From positions 1,152,001 to 1,216,000 of the forward strand of contig CAXXDV010000003.1 in the NCBI GenBank assembly GCA_963674745.2: a DNA stretch of 64,000 bases, written 5' to 3'. Shown piece after piece: positions 38,289 to 49,254 of this stretch (position 1 is its first letter; each line of letters opens with the position of its first letter). Below the pieces are notes generated by a model. It was given only the letters and a program-made list of their open reading frames with translations, searched no databases and was not told the origin of the DNA. The position numbers and the translations under genes were made by a program. This DNA comes from Desulfosudaceae bacterium (lineage in GTDB: Bacteria > Desulfobacterota > Desulfobacteria > Desulfobacterales > Desulfosudaceae).

Positions 38289-39677
38289 ATGAACAGAACA
38301 TTTCGTAAAGGGTTGTTCCTTGCGGCCTGCATGTGCCTTGCGGTTACGGTTTACGCCGAAACGCCCGGGCCGCAGGCGGTCAGCCTGACCCTGTCAGAAG
38401 CGATGCAGATCGCAGCAAAGGAAAATCCGGAAGTCCTGGCTGCCGGATTCAAGGTTGAATCTTCGGAAGCCGGCCTTGCGCAGGCAAAATCCGGATTTAT
38501 GCCTCGGGTTGATTTCATGGAAACCTACAACCGGACCACCAACCCCATGTGGGTGTTCGGTGCCAGGCTCAACCAGGAAAGCATCACCACCATGGATTTT
38601 AATCCTGACCGGCTCAATGATCCGGATGCCCATGATAATTTTACATCCACTCTGGCCGTGTCCTGGCCTGTTTTTACCGGTGGAAAGATATATAACCGCT
38701 TCAAGCAGGCCGAGACCAATGCCGAGGCCGATCAGCTTTTGTTCCAGCGGACCCGGCAGGCGGTTATGGCCCGGGCGGCCATGGCTTATGTGGGAATGAT
38801 GCTGGCCGGTGAACACCTGAAAGTCATTAACCAGTCGATTACCTCGGCCGAGGCAAATTATAAAATAGTCAAATCGGCCTTTGGCAGCGGCCTGTCTGTA
38901 AAAAGCGATCTGCTTCGTTCCCAGGTCACGCTGGCCGACCTGGAACAGCAGCGGCTGCAGGCGGAAAGTATGGTCAAAACAGCCGGGGCCGGTTTGAACG
39001 CCGCCATGGGCAGGGCAGTCGAAACGCCGTTGATTTTAACGTCATCTTTTGAAAAATGCTGTAAACTGTCGGGTGATATCGATCACTGGACACAAATCGC
39101 GTTGACCCATCGATCTGACCTTAAGCGGTTGCAATGTATGGAAAAAATAGCCGAACAGGGCGTTACCGTCTCCAAAGCGGATCACTATCCCAGCCTGCGA
39201 CTGGTCGGGTCTTATGATGTTAATACCGAAGATTTTGATGATACGGCCAACAGCTATACGGTCGGGGCCGTGATGAGCGTCAATCTTTTCAATGGCCTGG
39301 GCACCTCATCCGGTGTCAGGAGCGCCAGGGCCGACCTGAACAGTGTGCGGCAGATGATCAAAAAAATGGAACTGGGTGTCCGGGTGGAAGTTCAAAGCGC
39401 TTTTTTAGAAGCGCAAAGCGCTTTAAAACGAATAGACGTGGCCCGGGCCGCCCTCGACCAGGCGGAAGAAGGATTGCGGATCGTAAAAAACCGTTATGAA
39501 AATGGACTATTAACCATTGTCGGGCTGCTGGACGCGGAACTGGCCAATCGGCAGGCAAAAATGAGTTATTTCAAAGCGCTTCACGATTTCAAGACCGCCA
39601 TGGTCAAGCTGGAGCTGGCGGCGGGTATTATCAGCGAAACATCCGCTTATGATGATGAGGCGGTTGTTCATAAATAA
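38289..39677 (+). CDS. TolC-family outer-membrane efflux protein
   Basis: LTLSEAMQIAAKENP, two OEP repeats, RYENGL.TIVGLLDAE. Confidence 0.9.
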   Translation: MNRTFRKGLFLAACMCLAVTVYAETPGPQAVSLTLSEAMQIAAKENPEVLAAGFKVESSEAGLAQAKSGFMPRVDFMETYNRTTNPMWVFGARLNQESITTMDFNPDRLNDPDAHDNFTSTLAVSWPVFTGGKIYNRFKQAETNAEADQLLFQRTRQAVMARAAMAYVGMMLAGEHLKVINQSITSAEANYKIVKSAFGSGLSVKSDLLRSQVTLADLEQQRLQAESMVKTAGAGLNAAMGRAVETPLILTSSFEKCCKLSGDIDHWTQIALTHRSDLKRLQCMEKIAEQGVTVSKADHYPSLRLVGSYDVNTEDFDDTANSYTVGAVMSVNLFNGLGTSSGVRSARADLNSVRQMIKKMELGVRVEVQSAFLEAQSALKRIDVARAALDQAEEGLRIVKNRYENGLLTIVGLLDAELANRQAKMSYFKALHDFKTAMVKLELAAGIISETSAYDDEAVVHK

Positions 39678-39678
39678 T

Positions 39679-39843
39679 GTAGGGGCAGGCCCCCGTGCCT
39701 GCCCGGTGAAGGGCAACCACAGGGGGTTGCCCCTACGGGCCGGGGAGAGCGTCTATGAAATCGCGGAGGGCGTTCATAAATAATGTAGGGGCAGGCCCCC
39801 GTGCCTGCCCGGTGAAGGGCAACCACAGGGGGTTGCCCCTACG
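39679..39843. repeat. Two REP doublets inside the efflux operon
   Basis: GTAGGGGCAGG at 39679 and 39785. Confidence 0.9.
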
Positions 39844-39932
39844 GGCCGGGGAACATGCAGGGCAAATGTAATAACATTCGACGATATTAATGTCGGCATA
39901 TTCACCACAGATATATACCGGGAGGTATTACC

Positions 39933-41099
39933 ATGCGGCAAAGAACATTTTTTTATATCCTGAGTTTCATGTTCGTTATCACGGCCTCTGGCTGCAGCGA
40001 TAAAATTGAACCGGGCACCACGCCGAACGACGTTACAAAAACCGTTAAAGCGCAGGTGGCTGTGGCGTCAACAAACGCCCGGCAGTTCTTTTATGAAGCT
40101 GTGGGAACCGTCGGTGCCCGGACGACCAGTACGCTTTCCAGCAAAATCATGGGCGTCGTCAAGGCGATCCATGTGCGGGAAGGGGACCTGGTTGAAAAGG
40201 ATGACCTGCTGGTGGAACTTGACGATCGCCAGCCCACGGCCCAATTACAACAGGCTGAGGCTGCCCTTGCCGAAGCCAGGCGCGCGCTTGAATCGGCAAA
40301 ATCGGCCAGGGACGCGGCCGAGGCCGGCGCCGATCTGGCCCGGGCGACCCATGACCGGTACAGCAAACTCCTGGAAGAAGAATCGGTCAGCCGGCAGGAA
40401 TATGACGAAGTGGATGCCCGCTATCGCAAGGCAAATGCTTCCTTTGTCCAGTCCGATGCCATGGTGGAAGCGGCCGGAAACCGGGTCGAGCAGGCCGAGG
40501 CCGGCGTAGCGTCCGCCCGGTCCATGTTCAAGGACGCTACCATCCGGGCTCCCTACCAGGGAACGGTAACGGCCAAAATGGTCGACGTGGGGGACATGGC
40601 TTCACCCGGAACGCCGTTACTGACCCTGGAACAGAAAGGTGTTTTCTGTGTCTCGCTGGTGGTGCCGGAAATCCATATCCGCACCGTGGCCCTGGGCGAC
40701 CAGGTGAGTGTGACCATTCCCTCCATGGAAGAACTGGTTGTTCAGGGAAAGATCGGCCGTATCGATCCGGCAGCGGATCAGCAGAGCCGGTCATTTATCG
40801 TTAAAGTCGCCCTTCCGGACGGGTATGACTTCCGTTCCGGTATATTCGCCCGCGTGGCCCTGCCGATCGGTGAAGCCGGTATGCTGCGGGTCCCGAAGAC
40901 CGCCCTGATTTACCGGGGGCAGTTGACCGGTTACTACATGGTGGACGATAACGATATCGCCCGTTTTCGCCTGCTCCGCACCGGAAGGGCCTTCGGCGAA
41001 TCGGTTGAAGTGCTGTCCGGCATGAAAGACGGCGACCGGTATGTGGTAATGCCGCCGCCGGATATGGAAGACGGCGCCAAAGTGGAGGTGGTCTCATGA
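39933..41099 (+). CDS. RND efflux periplasmic adaptor (MFP)
   Basis: Lipobox [36 protein letters not shown]. Confidence 0.92.
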   Translation: MRQRTFFYILSFMFVITASGCSDKIEPGTTPNDVTKTVKAQVAVASTNARQFFYEAVGTVGARTTSTLSSKIMGVVKAIHVREGDLVEKDDLLVELDDRQPTAQLQQAEAALAEARRALESAKSARDAAEAGADLARATHDRYSKLLEEESVSRQEYDEVDARYRKANASFVQSDAMVEAAGNRVEQAEAGVASARSMFKDATIRAPYQGTVTAKMVDVGDMASPGTPLLTLEQKGVFCVSLVVPEIHIRTVALGDQVSVTIPSMEELVVQGKIGRIDPAADQQSRSFIVKVALPDGYDFRSGIFARVALPIGEAGMLRVPKTALIYRGQLTGYYMVDDNDIARFRLLRTGRAFGESVEVLSGMKDGDRYVVMPPPDMEDGAKVEVVS

Positions 41100-44000
41100 A
41101 GGGAACAGGCCCGGCCGGAAAATTCGCTCATTACTTTATTGATTCCAAGCTGACCCCCCTTATTATTGTCGCTTCCATTCTGCTTGGTATCGCGGCCGTG
41201 ATCGCCCTGCCGCGGGAAGAGGAGCCCCAGATCATCGTTCCCATGGTAGACGTGTTCGTTCAAATGCCCGGCGCAAGTGCCAAAGAAGTGGAACAGCGCA
41301 TTACATCGCCCATGGAAAAACTGCTCTGGGAAATTCCCGGCGTGGAATACGTTTATTCCACCTCCAGCCCGGGCATGTCCATGGCCATCGTCCGTTTTTT
41401 TGTGGGGCAGGATGAAGAGGCTGCCATTGTGCGGCTTCAGTCAAAGCTGATGGCCAATTATGACCGTATTCCCTGGGCTGCCACGCCGCCCTTGATCAAG
41501 CCCCGTTATATCGATGATGTGCCCATTCTGGCCCTGACGTTCTGGGGAGAGGACTTTGATCACTACACCCTTCGCCGGGCCGCGGCCGAAGTTGAAAACC
41601 TGATCAAGCGTGAAGACAATGTCTCCATTACCTCCCTGATCGGCGGGGCTCCCCGCAGGATTCAGGTTGAAATCGATCCGGTCCGCCTGGCCGCTTACAA
41701 CCTTGACCTGGACCGGGTAGCGGCGATGCTCCAGGCCGCCAACCAGGAAACCGATCCGGGAAAAATTCCCAGCCCCGAAGGACAACTGCTGGTTCATACC
41801 GGCGGTTTTCTCGAAACCCGGCAGGATGTTGAATCGGTGGTGGTGGGCATATCGAACAATCGACCGGTTTACGTGCGTGATGTGGCCACGGTTATGGACG
41901 GCCCCGGTGAACCGGACCAGTATGTGTTTTTCGGCGCCGGACCGGCGGCGGAAGAAAAAGGTATTGCAGGGGCGCATGAGGGCAAGGGTATGACCCCGGC
42001 TGTTACGCTGACGGTTGCCAAGCGTAAAGGCACCAACGCCATTACGGTGGCGGAAAAGATTTTAGACCGCATTGAAGACGCCCGGGGGAAAGTCATCCCC
42101 GACAATCTGAATATCACGATTACCCGTCATTACGGTGAGACGGCCCAGGAAAAATCCAACGAACTGCTTTACCATATGTTGATCGCCATTGTATCGGTCA
42201 CCCTGCTGATCTGGTTTACGCTCGGACGCCGCGAATCCGGCGTGGTGGCCCTGGCCATTCCGGTCACCCTGGCCCTGACCCTGGCCGTGTTTTACCTTTA
42301 CGGGTACACCCTGAACCGGATCACCCTGTTTGCGTTGATTTTTTCCATCGGTATCCTGGTGGATGACGCCATCGTTATTGTGGAGAATATTGTCCGGCAT
42401 TTCAGGCTTCCCGAAAACAAGGGCCAGTCAAGGTCGCAGGTGGCGGTGGAGGCAGTGGACGAGGTCGGCAACCCGACCATCCTGGCCACACTGACGGTGA
42501 TTTTCGCGATTCTGCCCATGGCCTTCGTGGGCGGGTTGATGGGACCCTACATGCGGCCCATTCCGGTGGGCGCCTCGGCGGCCATGGTATTCTCCCTGCT
42601 GGTGGCCTTTATCATTACGCCCTGGGCCGCCATCCGCCTGATCAGAGACCATAAAACATCCCATGGCGGAGACGATGAGCACGGGCCCGAAGACTGGAGC
42701 ACCCGCCTGTACCGGAAGGCCATGGATCCATTGATTCACAAGCCGGGTATTCGATCCCTGTTCTTTATCGGGGTGGTGGGGTTGCTGCTGGCCTCCTGCG
42801 CCCTGGTCGGAATAGGGCTGGTACGGGTCAAAATGCTGCCTTTTGACAACAAAAGCGAATTCCAGGTGATTATTGATCTGCCGGAATCCGCCACCCTTGA
42901 AGAAACCGCGGCGGCAGCCTTGGAAATGGGCGACTACCTGTCCACGGTCAACGAAGTGACGGATTACCAGGTATATACCGGGACGTCCGGTCCTTTTAAT
43001 TTCAACGGCCTGGTTCGTCATTATTATTTGAGGCAGGGGCCTAACATGGCCGATATCCAGGTGAACCTTGCCGGAAAACATCATCGCAAAGACCAGAGCC
43101 ACGCCATTGCCAAACGTGTGCGACCGGAGCTGGTAAAGATTGCGGAAAAATACAAGGCCCGTATCAAGGTGGCCGAAGTGCCCCCCGGCCCGCCGGTGCT
43201 GTCCACCCTGGTGGCCGAAATTTACGGCCCGGATTACGATCGGCAAAAGGAAATCGCGCAGCAGATAATGGATGTATTTGAAGATACGGCCGGGGTTGTT
43301 GATGTGGACTGGTACATGGAAGACGATCAGCCGCGTTACGACTTTCAGGTAGACAAAGAACGGGCCGCGCTGCACGGTATCAGTGTCGCCCAGATCGCCC
43401 GCACACTTGAGCTGGCCGTCAGCGGTCGCCAGGTGGGATTGCTGCACCTGCCCCTGGAAAAAGAGGATGTGCCGATTACGCTCCGGCTCCCGCTGCCGGC
43501 CCGGGCCAGTATCAAGCAACTGGAAGGCATAAAAATCGCCGCCCCGGGCGGTGCCCTGGTACCCCTGTCAACACTGGTGACGCCGGTAAAAACAACCAAT
43601 GACAAGAGCATTTACCACAAGAACCTGATGCCGGTGGTTTACGTGATCGGTGACGTGGCCGGCGAAAAGGAAAGCCCGGTATATGCCATCCTGGAGATGA
43701 AAAACAAAATCGATGCCATCGACCTTCCCGAAGGCTACAGCATCGAACAGCATACGGCGCACTTGCCGGAAAGCGACCGGAAGTTCACCATGAAGTGGGA
43801 TGGAGAATGGCACATTACCTATGAAGTGTTCCGTGATATGGGTATTGCTTTCGCGGTGGTGCTGGTGCTGATTTTCGTCCTGGTGGTGGGATGGTTCCAG
43901 TCCTTTACCACACCGTTGACGATCATGGTGGCCATTCCCTTTTCGTTGATCGGTATTCTGCCCGCTCACTGGCTGGCCGGCGCTTTTTTTACCGCCACCT

Positions 44001-44326
44001 CCATGATCGGGTTTATTGCCGGGGCCGGCATTGTCGTCCGGAACTCGATTATCCTGGTTGATTTTATCGAGCTGCGGTTGGCGCAGGGCGTGCCCCTTGA
44101 CCAGGCGGTGATCGATGCCGGGGCCATCCGTTTCCGGCCCATGATGCTGACGGCCGCGGCCGTTATCGTCGGCGCCTCGGTGATCCTGTTTGATCCCATT
44201 TTCCAGGGCCTGGCCATTTCCCTGATGGCCGGTGAGGTGGCGTCCCTGCTGTTTTCACGCATGACGGTTCCGGTACTGTATTTTCTTGAAAAGCAATGGG
44301 AATCGGCACATGGCAGTCATTTATAA
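41096..44326 (+). CDS. RND efflux permease (AcrB/CusA family)
   Basis: [40 protein letters not shown]. Confidence 0.95.
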   Translation: MKGTGPAGKFAHYFIDSKLTPLIIVASILLGIAAVIALPREEEPQIIVPMVDVFVQMPGASAKEVEQRITSPMEKLLWEIPGVEYVYSTSSPGMSMAIVRFFVGQDEEAAIVRLQSKLMANYDRIPWAATPPLIKPRYIDDVPILALTFWGEDFDHYTLRRAAAEVENLIKREDNVSITSLIGGAPRRIQVEIDPVRLAAYNLDLDRVAAMLQAANQETDPGKIPSPEGQLLVHTGGFLETRQDVESVVVGISNNRPVYVRDVATVMDGPGEPDQYVFFGAGPAAEEKGIAGAHEGKGMTPAVTLTVAKRKGTNAITVAEKILDRIEDARGKVIPDNLNITITRHYGETAQEKSNELLYHMLIAIVSVTLLIWFTLGRRESGVVALAIPVTLALTLAVFYLYGYTLNRITLFALIFSIGILVDDAIVIVENIVRHFRLPENKGQSRSQVAVEAVDEVGNPTILATLTVIFAILPMAFVGGLMGPYMRPIPVGASAAMVFSLLVAFIITPWAAIRLIRDHKTSHGGDDEHGPEDWSTRLYRKAMDPLIHKPGIRSLFFIGVVGLLLASCALVGIGLVRVKMLPFDNKSEFQVIIDLPESATLEETAAAALEMGDYLSTVNEVTDYQVYTGTSGPFNFNGLVRHYYLRQGPNMADIQVNLAGKHHRKDQSHAIAKRVRPELVKIAEKYKARIKVAEVPPGPPVLSTLVAEIYGPDYDRQKEIAQQIMDVFEDTAGVVDVDWYMEDDQPRYDFQVDKERAALHGISVAQIARTLELAVSGRQVGLLHLPLEKEDVPITLRLPLPARASIKQLEGIKIAAPGGALVPLSTLVTPVKTTNDKSIYHKNLMPVVYVIGDVAGEKESPVYAILEMKNKIDAIDLPEGYSIEQHTAHLPESDRKFTMKWDGEWHITYEVFRDMGIAFAVVLVLIFVLVVGWFQSFTTPLTIMVAIPFSLIGILPAHWLAGAFFTATSMIGFIAGAGIVVRNSIILVDFIELRLAQGVPLDQAVIDAGAIRFRPMMLTAAAVIVGASVILFDPIFQGLAISLMAGEVASLLFSRMTVPVLYFLEKQWESAHGSHL

Positions 44327-44462
44327 ATTTTGTTGACAATGCGAAAGGTATCGTTTTATTTAAATTTTCGGGTTAAACTTCCGGTTTGACCGGATTATAG
44401 AAAAAAAGGGATAAAAACGGTTGGATGGTTCCGCGCAAGATTGATTTAAACTTGTTTGTTTC

Positions 44463-45548
44463 ATGATCAGTTTGATACCAAATAATGATTCCGGTCAGGC
44501 GTTGCGAATCCGGCGGGCATTGCTGGCGCTTTCCGGTTATTTCGTTATCTTTCTCGCTACCCTGATCTGTCATTACGGGGGAATGACAATCAATATCACT
44601 CTTGGTGGTATCTTCCTGCTGTATCTGTCTCTTGTGATGATTTACATCGTTGTTTTTCTTCTGATTTTTTCCGGGTTGAACCTGAAATTCAAAGATCCCA
44701 GCCTGACCGTATTTCAGCTGTTTATCGCCATCTGCTGGGCCGCGCAGATGGCTTACTTCACCAGTCCCGATATCAGGGGCAGTATTACCACGATTTATAT
44801 ATTGATGTTTATGTACGGTATTTTCCAGTTGCGGTTCCGGGAGTTCCTGGCACTCGTTGCCATGGCGGTCATGTTGTATGTTTTTTCCATGATGCTGCTT
44901 TATCACAACCATCCGGAATCGGTGGAGGTGATGACAGAAATTGTCCGCGCCATGATCCTGTTTATCGCGCTGCTGTGGGTTTCTTACATATCCACCTATG
45001 TTTTCAGATTAAGGCAAAAGGTCAAACTTCTGGCGACGCGTGATCCCCTGACAAACATTTACAACCGCAGAGAAATCCTTGAAATCCTGAAACGGGAGAA
45101 AGCATTTTCAGACCGCTTGGGGTTCCCCTTTACCCTCTGTATCCTGGACCTTGATGATTTCAAAAGAGTCAATGATACTTACGGGCACCAGGCCGGAGAC
45201 AATGTATTAAAAGCCTTTACCCGGACCATCAAAATGAATGTCCGGGCGGAGGATTATGTGGGACGTTACGGAGGAGAAGAGTTTTTTGTCATTTTTGTGA
45301 GTATTGACTGCAATGACTGCAACCCCGCCTGTGTTGAACGCCTGCTGTCGGCCACGCGGAGACTGACTTTTCCGGATATCGACAAGGACCTGCGGTTGAC
45401 CATATCCATCGGTGCCACGGCTTATATCCAGAACGGTGTTTCAGTAGACGGGCTGATATCAAGAGCGGATGAAGCCCTTTACCGGGCCAAGTCCGGCGGA
45501 AAGGACAGGGTTGAATACAGCATGCCTGTAATAAACCCGGATTTGTAG
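44463..45548 (+). CDS. Membrane-bound diguanylate cyclase (GGDEF), paralogue of 13967-15040
   Basis: QALRIRR, GLN..F.DPSLT.FQ, DPLTNIYNRR, GRYGGEEF. Confidence 0.92.
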   Translation: MISLIPNNDSGQALRIRRALLALSGYFVIFLATLICHYGGMTINITLGGIFLLYLSLVMIYIVVFLLIFSGLNLKFKDPSLTVFQLFIAICWAAQMAYFTSPDIRGSITTIYILMFMYGIFQLRFREFLALVAMAVMLYVFSMMLLYHNHPESVEVMTEIVRAMILFIALLWVSYISTYVFRLRQKVKLLATRDPLTNIYNRREILEILKREKAFSDRLGFPFTLCILDLDDFKRVNDTYGHQAGDNVLKAFTRTIKMNVRAEDYVGRYGGEEFFVIFVSIDCNDCNPACVERLLSATRRLTFPDIDKDLRLTISIGATAYIQNGVSVDGLISRADEALYRAKSGGKDRVEYSMPVINPDL

Positions 45549-45777
45549 GGGCAGGCCCACGTGCCTGCCCTGATGAAGGGCAACCACAGGGGGTTGCCCC
45601 TACGGACCGCGGTATACGTTCTTTAATAATGTAGGGGCAGGCCCCCGTGCCTGCCCTGATGAAGGGCAACCACAGGGGGTTGCCCCTACGGACCGCGGTA
45701 TACGTTCTTTAATAATGTAGGGGCAGGCCCCCGTGCCTGCCCTGATGAAGGGCAACCACAGGGGGGGTGCCCCTACG
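45545..45777. repeat. REP array, 86-bp period x3
   Basis: Starts at 45545, 45631, 45717; the first GTAG supplies the TAG stop of the DGC. Confidence 0.9.
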
Positions 45778-45994
45778 GACCGAGGAGCGCGTGCATGAAA
45801 TATTTTAGGCGCCGGGGGCCGGGTTCAAATCAACCCGAAAAATATTCGCGTTAACCCGAATATGTTTATAAACCTGTTCAGGCAAAACGGTTATATGATT
45901 TTTTGCTAATTTTTACGTTTTTCCTTTGAAATAAGAAAACGATATATTACATTATGCTTCAATACGTTATCAATCACTCAGAAGAAAGATTGAA

Positions 45995-48900
45995 ATGCTA
46001 TCACTCCGGGCAGGCAGCGCTCTTTACCTTTTGTGGATAACTGTTTTTTGCTTGTTTCTTTCGTCGTTCCCGGTAAATGCCGGCCAGACTGTCAGGATTG
46101 TTGATCATCTTGATAAAATCCCCCTTGGCAAACATGTTGACATACTGGTTGATAAAAATAACTCATTCACCACAGATGAAGTCCTTTCCGGCAAAGCAGA
46201 AGATGAATTTGTCCCCAATGTCCGGCCGATTCCGACGTTCGGTTTTCAGAAGTCTACTTTCTGGCTCCGTTTTGATATTAAGAATTCAACCGATAAGAAT
46301 CGGCCCCTGATCCTCGAAAGCAATTGGCCCCACCATGATATCGTCGATTTTTATATTCTTAAAAATGGTAAACGCGTTTTTGAAGAACACCAGGGTGATC
46401 TTAAACCGTTAAACGGACGGGGGGAGAGATATTTAAATCCGATTTTCTCTTTTGCGCCGGCCCCCCAGGAATATTACACGGCTTATCTAAGGGTGCAGTC
46501 CAAGGCCTCCATGATCCTTGATTTTATCCTCTGGGATCCACAGGCCTTTTCCACTCATGCCATTCACAAACATTATGCCTTCGGCGTTTATTACGGTGCC
46601 ATCCTGATAATGATTTTATACAACCTGTTCCTGTTTTTCGGTATCCAGGAGAAGGTTTATTATCTTTATTACGTTCTGTTTATTGCCAGCCTGCTGTTGA
46701 TCCAAATGGTGCTGGACGGGTTTGCCCACGCTTACTTATGGCCGTCTTATCCTGGCTGGGCAAATAAATGCGTCAATATTTTCGTGTTTCTCGGGGTCTT
46801 CTGGGGAACGCTCTTCTGTCAGAAGTTTTTGAATACGGCCGTGAACACGCCGGTTTTCAACAGGCTGTTGAACGTGTTGGCCGGTTTCTCTTTTATCGGT
46901 ATCTGGGTGTTGTTTTTTACCGATGTTTTAATCGCCGGCATGCTTGCTTCGATTACAGGCATCGTATTTGCCGTATTGTCATTCGGGGCCGGGCTGGCCG
47001 GGCTGGCCAAAGGCGTCAGGGAGGCACGGTTTTTTGTTTCGGCCTCGTTCTGCCTTCTGGCCGGTATGGTTCTTGTGGCGCTGGGGTATACCGGAACCAT
47101 AGAAAAGACGTTTCTGTCAACTTTTGCCATGCACATAGGGACAACCATCCAGGCGCTGCTGCTTTCTTTCGGCCTCGTGGATCGTTTCAATGCGCTTAAA
47201 CTCGCCAACTCCCAGGCCCAGGAAGCCAACCTGAAAATGCAGGAAGCGTTTTCACAGAAACTTCAAAAAGAAATTGATCTCAAGACCCTTGATCTGAACC
47301 ACCAGAAAATTCGACTCGAGCAGGCAAACAGTGAACTTAAAAAGATCAATTCGATAAAGTCTCATTTTTTCGCCAATCTCAGCCATGAGCTGCGAACACC
47401 ATTGACCCTTATCAGAGGGTGGACCGATTATATTATAAGCGGCGAACTCGGGCAGATCCCGGAAAAATTAAAAGACATTATCCATAAAATCGATACCCAG
47501 AACCTGGCCCTGACGGAAAAAATCAACCACATGCTGAAATTGTCCAAATTTGATGCCGGCATGGCGGAACTTGTTTTATACCGGCTTGATATTGAAGATT
47601 TTATAGCCGACATCGTTACCAATTTCCGGGATCTGGCTACACACAGAAATATCGGGCTTAATTTTTCCTGCCAATCCAGAATAGATCAGGTCGCCATGGA
47701 CAAGGAAAAATTAACGGATATTCTGAATAACCTGATACGAAACGCCTATAAATTTACCGAAAGAGGTAACATCAATGTGACTTTATCTTCGATGAACAAC
47801 AACTTGATCATCGAGGTAAAGGATACCGGTGTCGGTATGGACCCGGCCAGCATGGAAAATATTTTCAACCGGTTTTATCAGGCGGAAAATTCGGAAGCCT
47901 GGAAGTTTGAGGGTACGGGACTGGGGCTGGCCATTGTCAAAGAGTCGGTCGACATGCTTCATGGTCAGATCACCGTCGAAAGCATAGAGCAGCAGGGCAC
48001 CACCTTTACCATACAGATCCCCATGAACCTGGAAAAACTGGTGCCCAACGCATTTGTTGACCGGCGCAAAAAAGACCGGAGAAAAACGGATCAGAAACAT
48101 GGTCCACAGAATCGACGACTGGGGGGCAGAAGAGAAAGCGATTTTGCGAAGATTACCGGTCAAAATATTGTCCAGATTCTGGCTGAAGACATCAAAACTG
48201 AAGACACGGATTCGGTGGTCGTTGTCGAAGCCGAAAACACAAGGGGCAAACTGGTGATCGCCGAAGACAACAAGGCGGTGCGTCTTCTGTTACAGACCAT
48301 ACTAAAAGATTATACCATGCACCTGGCGCCGAACGGCCTGCTGGCCTGGGAGGCCATTGTGAAGGAACGGCCGGATTTAATTATCTCGGATATCATGATG
48401 CCTGTAATGGACGGATATGAACTGGTTGAAAATATCAAATCCCACAAAGAAACGGAAAATATTCCCATTGTTCTGATTACGGCGACGGCTGATAAAAATG
48501 AGCGGATAAAAGGGCTTCAACTGGGAGCGAATGATTTTCTGACCAAACCCTTTCATCACCTGGAACTGAAAGCCCGCGTGAATAACGTGATCAGTCTGCG
48601 TAAGCTTTACCGGGAAAAACTCCGTACCGAGCAACTGGAAATGTTCTTGCTGGTGCTTGCTTCGGCAATTGAATCAAAAGACAAGTATACCGGCGGTCAT
48701 GTGGAACGGGTGGCTTACTATGCCCGGGACCTGGCGCAAAAAATAAGATTGCCGGAAGACAAGGTGAATGAAATTTATCTGGGAACGATCGTTCATGACA
48801 TTGGAAAAATCGGTATCCGGGATGAGGTGTTAAACAAGACCGGAAAGCTTACCGCGGCAGAGTTCGATCATATCAAGGAGCATCCCGCCATCGGTAAAAA

Positions 48901-49228
48901 TCTTCTTTCAAAACTTGAAATGCTTCCCGCCGCCGTCAATATCGCCTATGGTCATCAGGAGAAATGGGATGGTACAGGGTATCCACAGCGGCTGAAAGGG
49001 CTTGATATCCCCATAGAGGCCAGGATATCGACGGTCGCCGACTTCTGGGATGCCATCACTTCCGATCGCCCCTATCGACGGGCCATTCCGGTTATGGAAG
49101 CACTTGAAATCATGTCTGCCGAACGGGGTAAAACCTTTGACCCGCAACTGTACGACGCTTTTATGGATCAGAGCGAAAAATTGTATCTCAGATACTTAAC
49201 CAACGAGCAATTGAAAGGTTTGAACTAA
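45995..49228 (+). CDS. Hybrid sensor: 7TMR-DISM extracellular + 7TM, histidine kinase, REC and HD-GYP phosphodiesterase
   Basis: FWLRF, YYGAIL.MILYNLFLF, SHELRTPL, NLIRNAYKFT, GTGLGL, SDIMMPVMDG, FLTKPF, HDIGK, HQEKWDGTGYP. Confidence 0.9.
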   Translation: MLSLRAGSALYLLWITVFCLFLSSFPVNAGQTVRIVDHLDKIPLGKHVDILVDKNNSFTTDEVLSGKAEDEFVPNVRPIPTFGFQKSTFWLRFDIKNSTDKNRPLILESNWPHHDIVDFYILKNGKRVFEEHQGDLKPLNGRGERYLNPIFSFAPAPQEYYTAYLRVQSKASMILDFILWDPQAFSTHAIHKHYAFGVYYGAILIMILYNLFLFFGIQEKVYYLYYVLFIASLLLIQMVLDGFAHAYLWPSYPGWANKCVNIFVFLGVFWGTLFCQKFLNTAVNTPVFNRLLNVLAGFSFIGIWVLFFTDVLIAGMLASITGIVFAVLSFGAGLAGLAKGVREARFFVSASFCLLAGMVLVALGYTGTIEKTFLSTFAMHIGTTIQALLLSFGLVDRFNALKLANSQAQEANLKMQEAFSQKLQKEIDLKTLDLNHQKIRLEQANSELKKINSIKSHFFANLSHELRTPLTLIRGWTDYIISGELGQIPEKLKDIIHKIDTQNLALTEKINHMLKLSKFDAGMAELVLYRLDIEDFIADIVTNFRDLATHRNIGLNFSCQSRIDQVAMDKEKLTDILNNLIRNAYKFTERGNINVTLSSMNNNLIIEVKDTGVGMDPASMENIFNRFYQAENSEAWKFEGTGLGLAIVKESVDMLHGQITVESIEQQGTTFTIQIPMNLEKLVPNAFVDRRKKDRRKTDQKHGPQNRRLGGRRESDFAKITGQNIVQILAEDIKTEDTDSVVVVEAENTRGKLVIAEDNKAVRLLLQTILKDYTMHLAPNGLLAWEAIVKERPDLIISDIMMPVMDGYELVENIKSHKETENIPIVLITATADKNERIKGLQLGANDFLTKPFHHLELKARVNNVISLRKLYREKLRTEQLEMFLLVLASAIESKDKYTGGHVERVAYYARDLAQKIRLPEDKVNEIYLGTIVHDIGKIGIRDEVLNKTGKLTAAEFDHIKEHPAIGKNLLSKLEMLPAAVNIAYGHQEKWDGTGYPQRLKGLDIPIEARISTVADFWDAITSDRPYRRAIPVMEALEIMSAERGKTFDPQLYDAFMDQSEKLYLRYLTNEQLKGLN

Positions 49229-49254
49229 CATCTGATAATTGAGGATACGAATCA

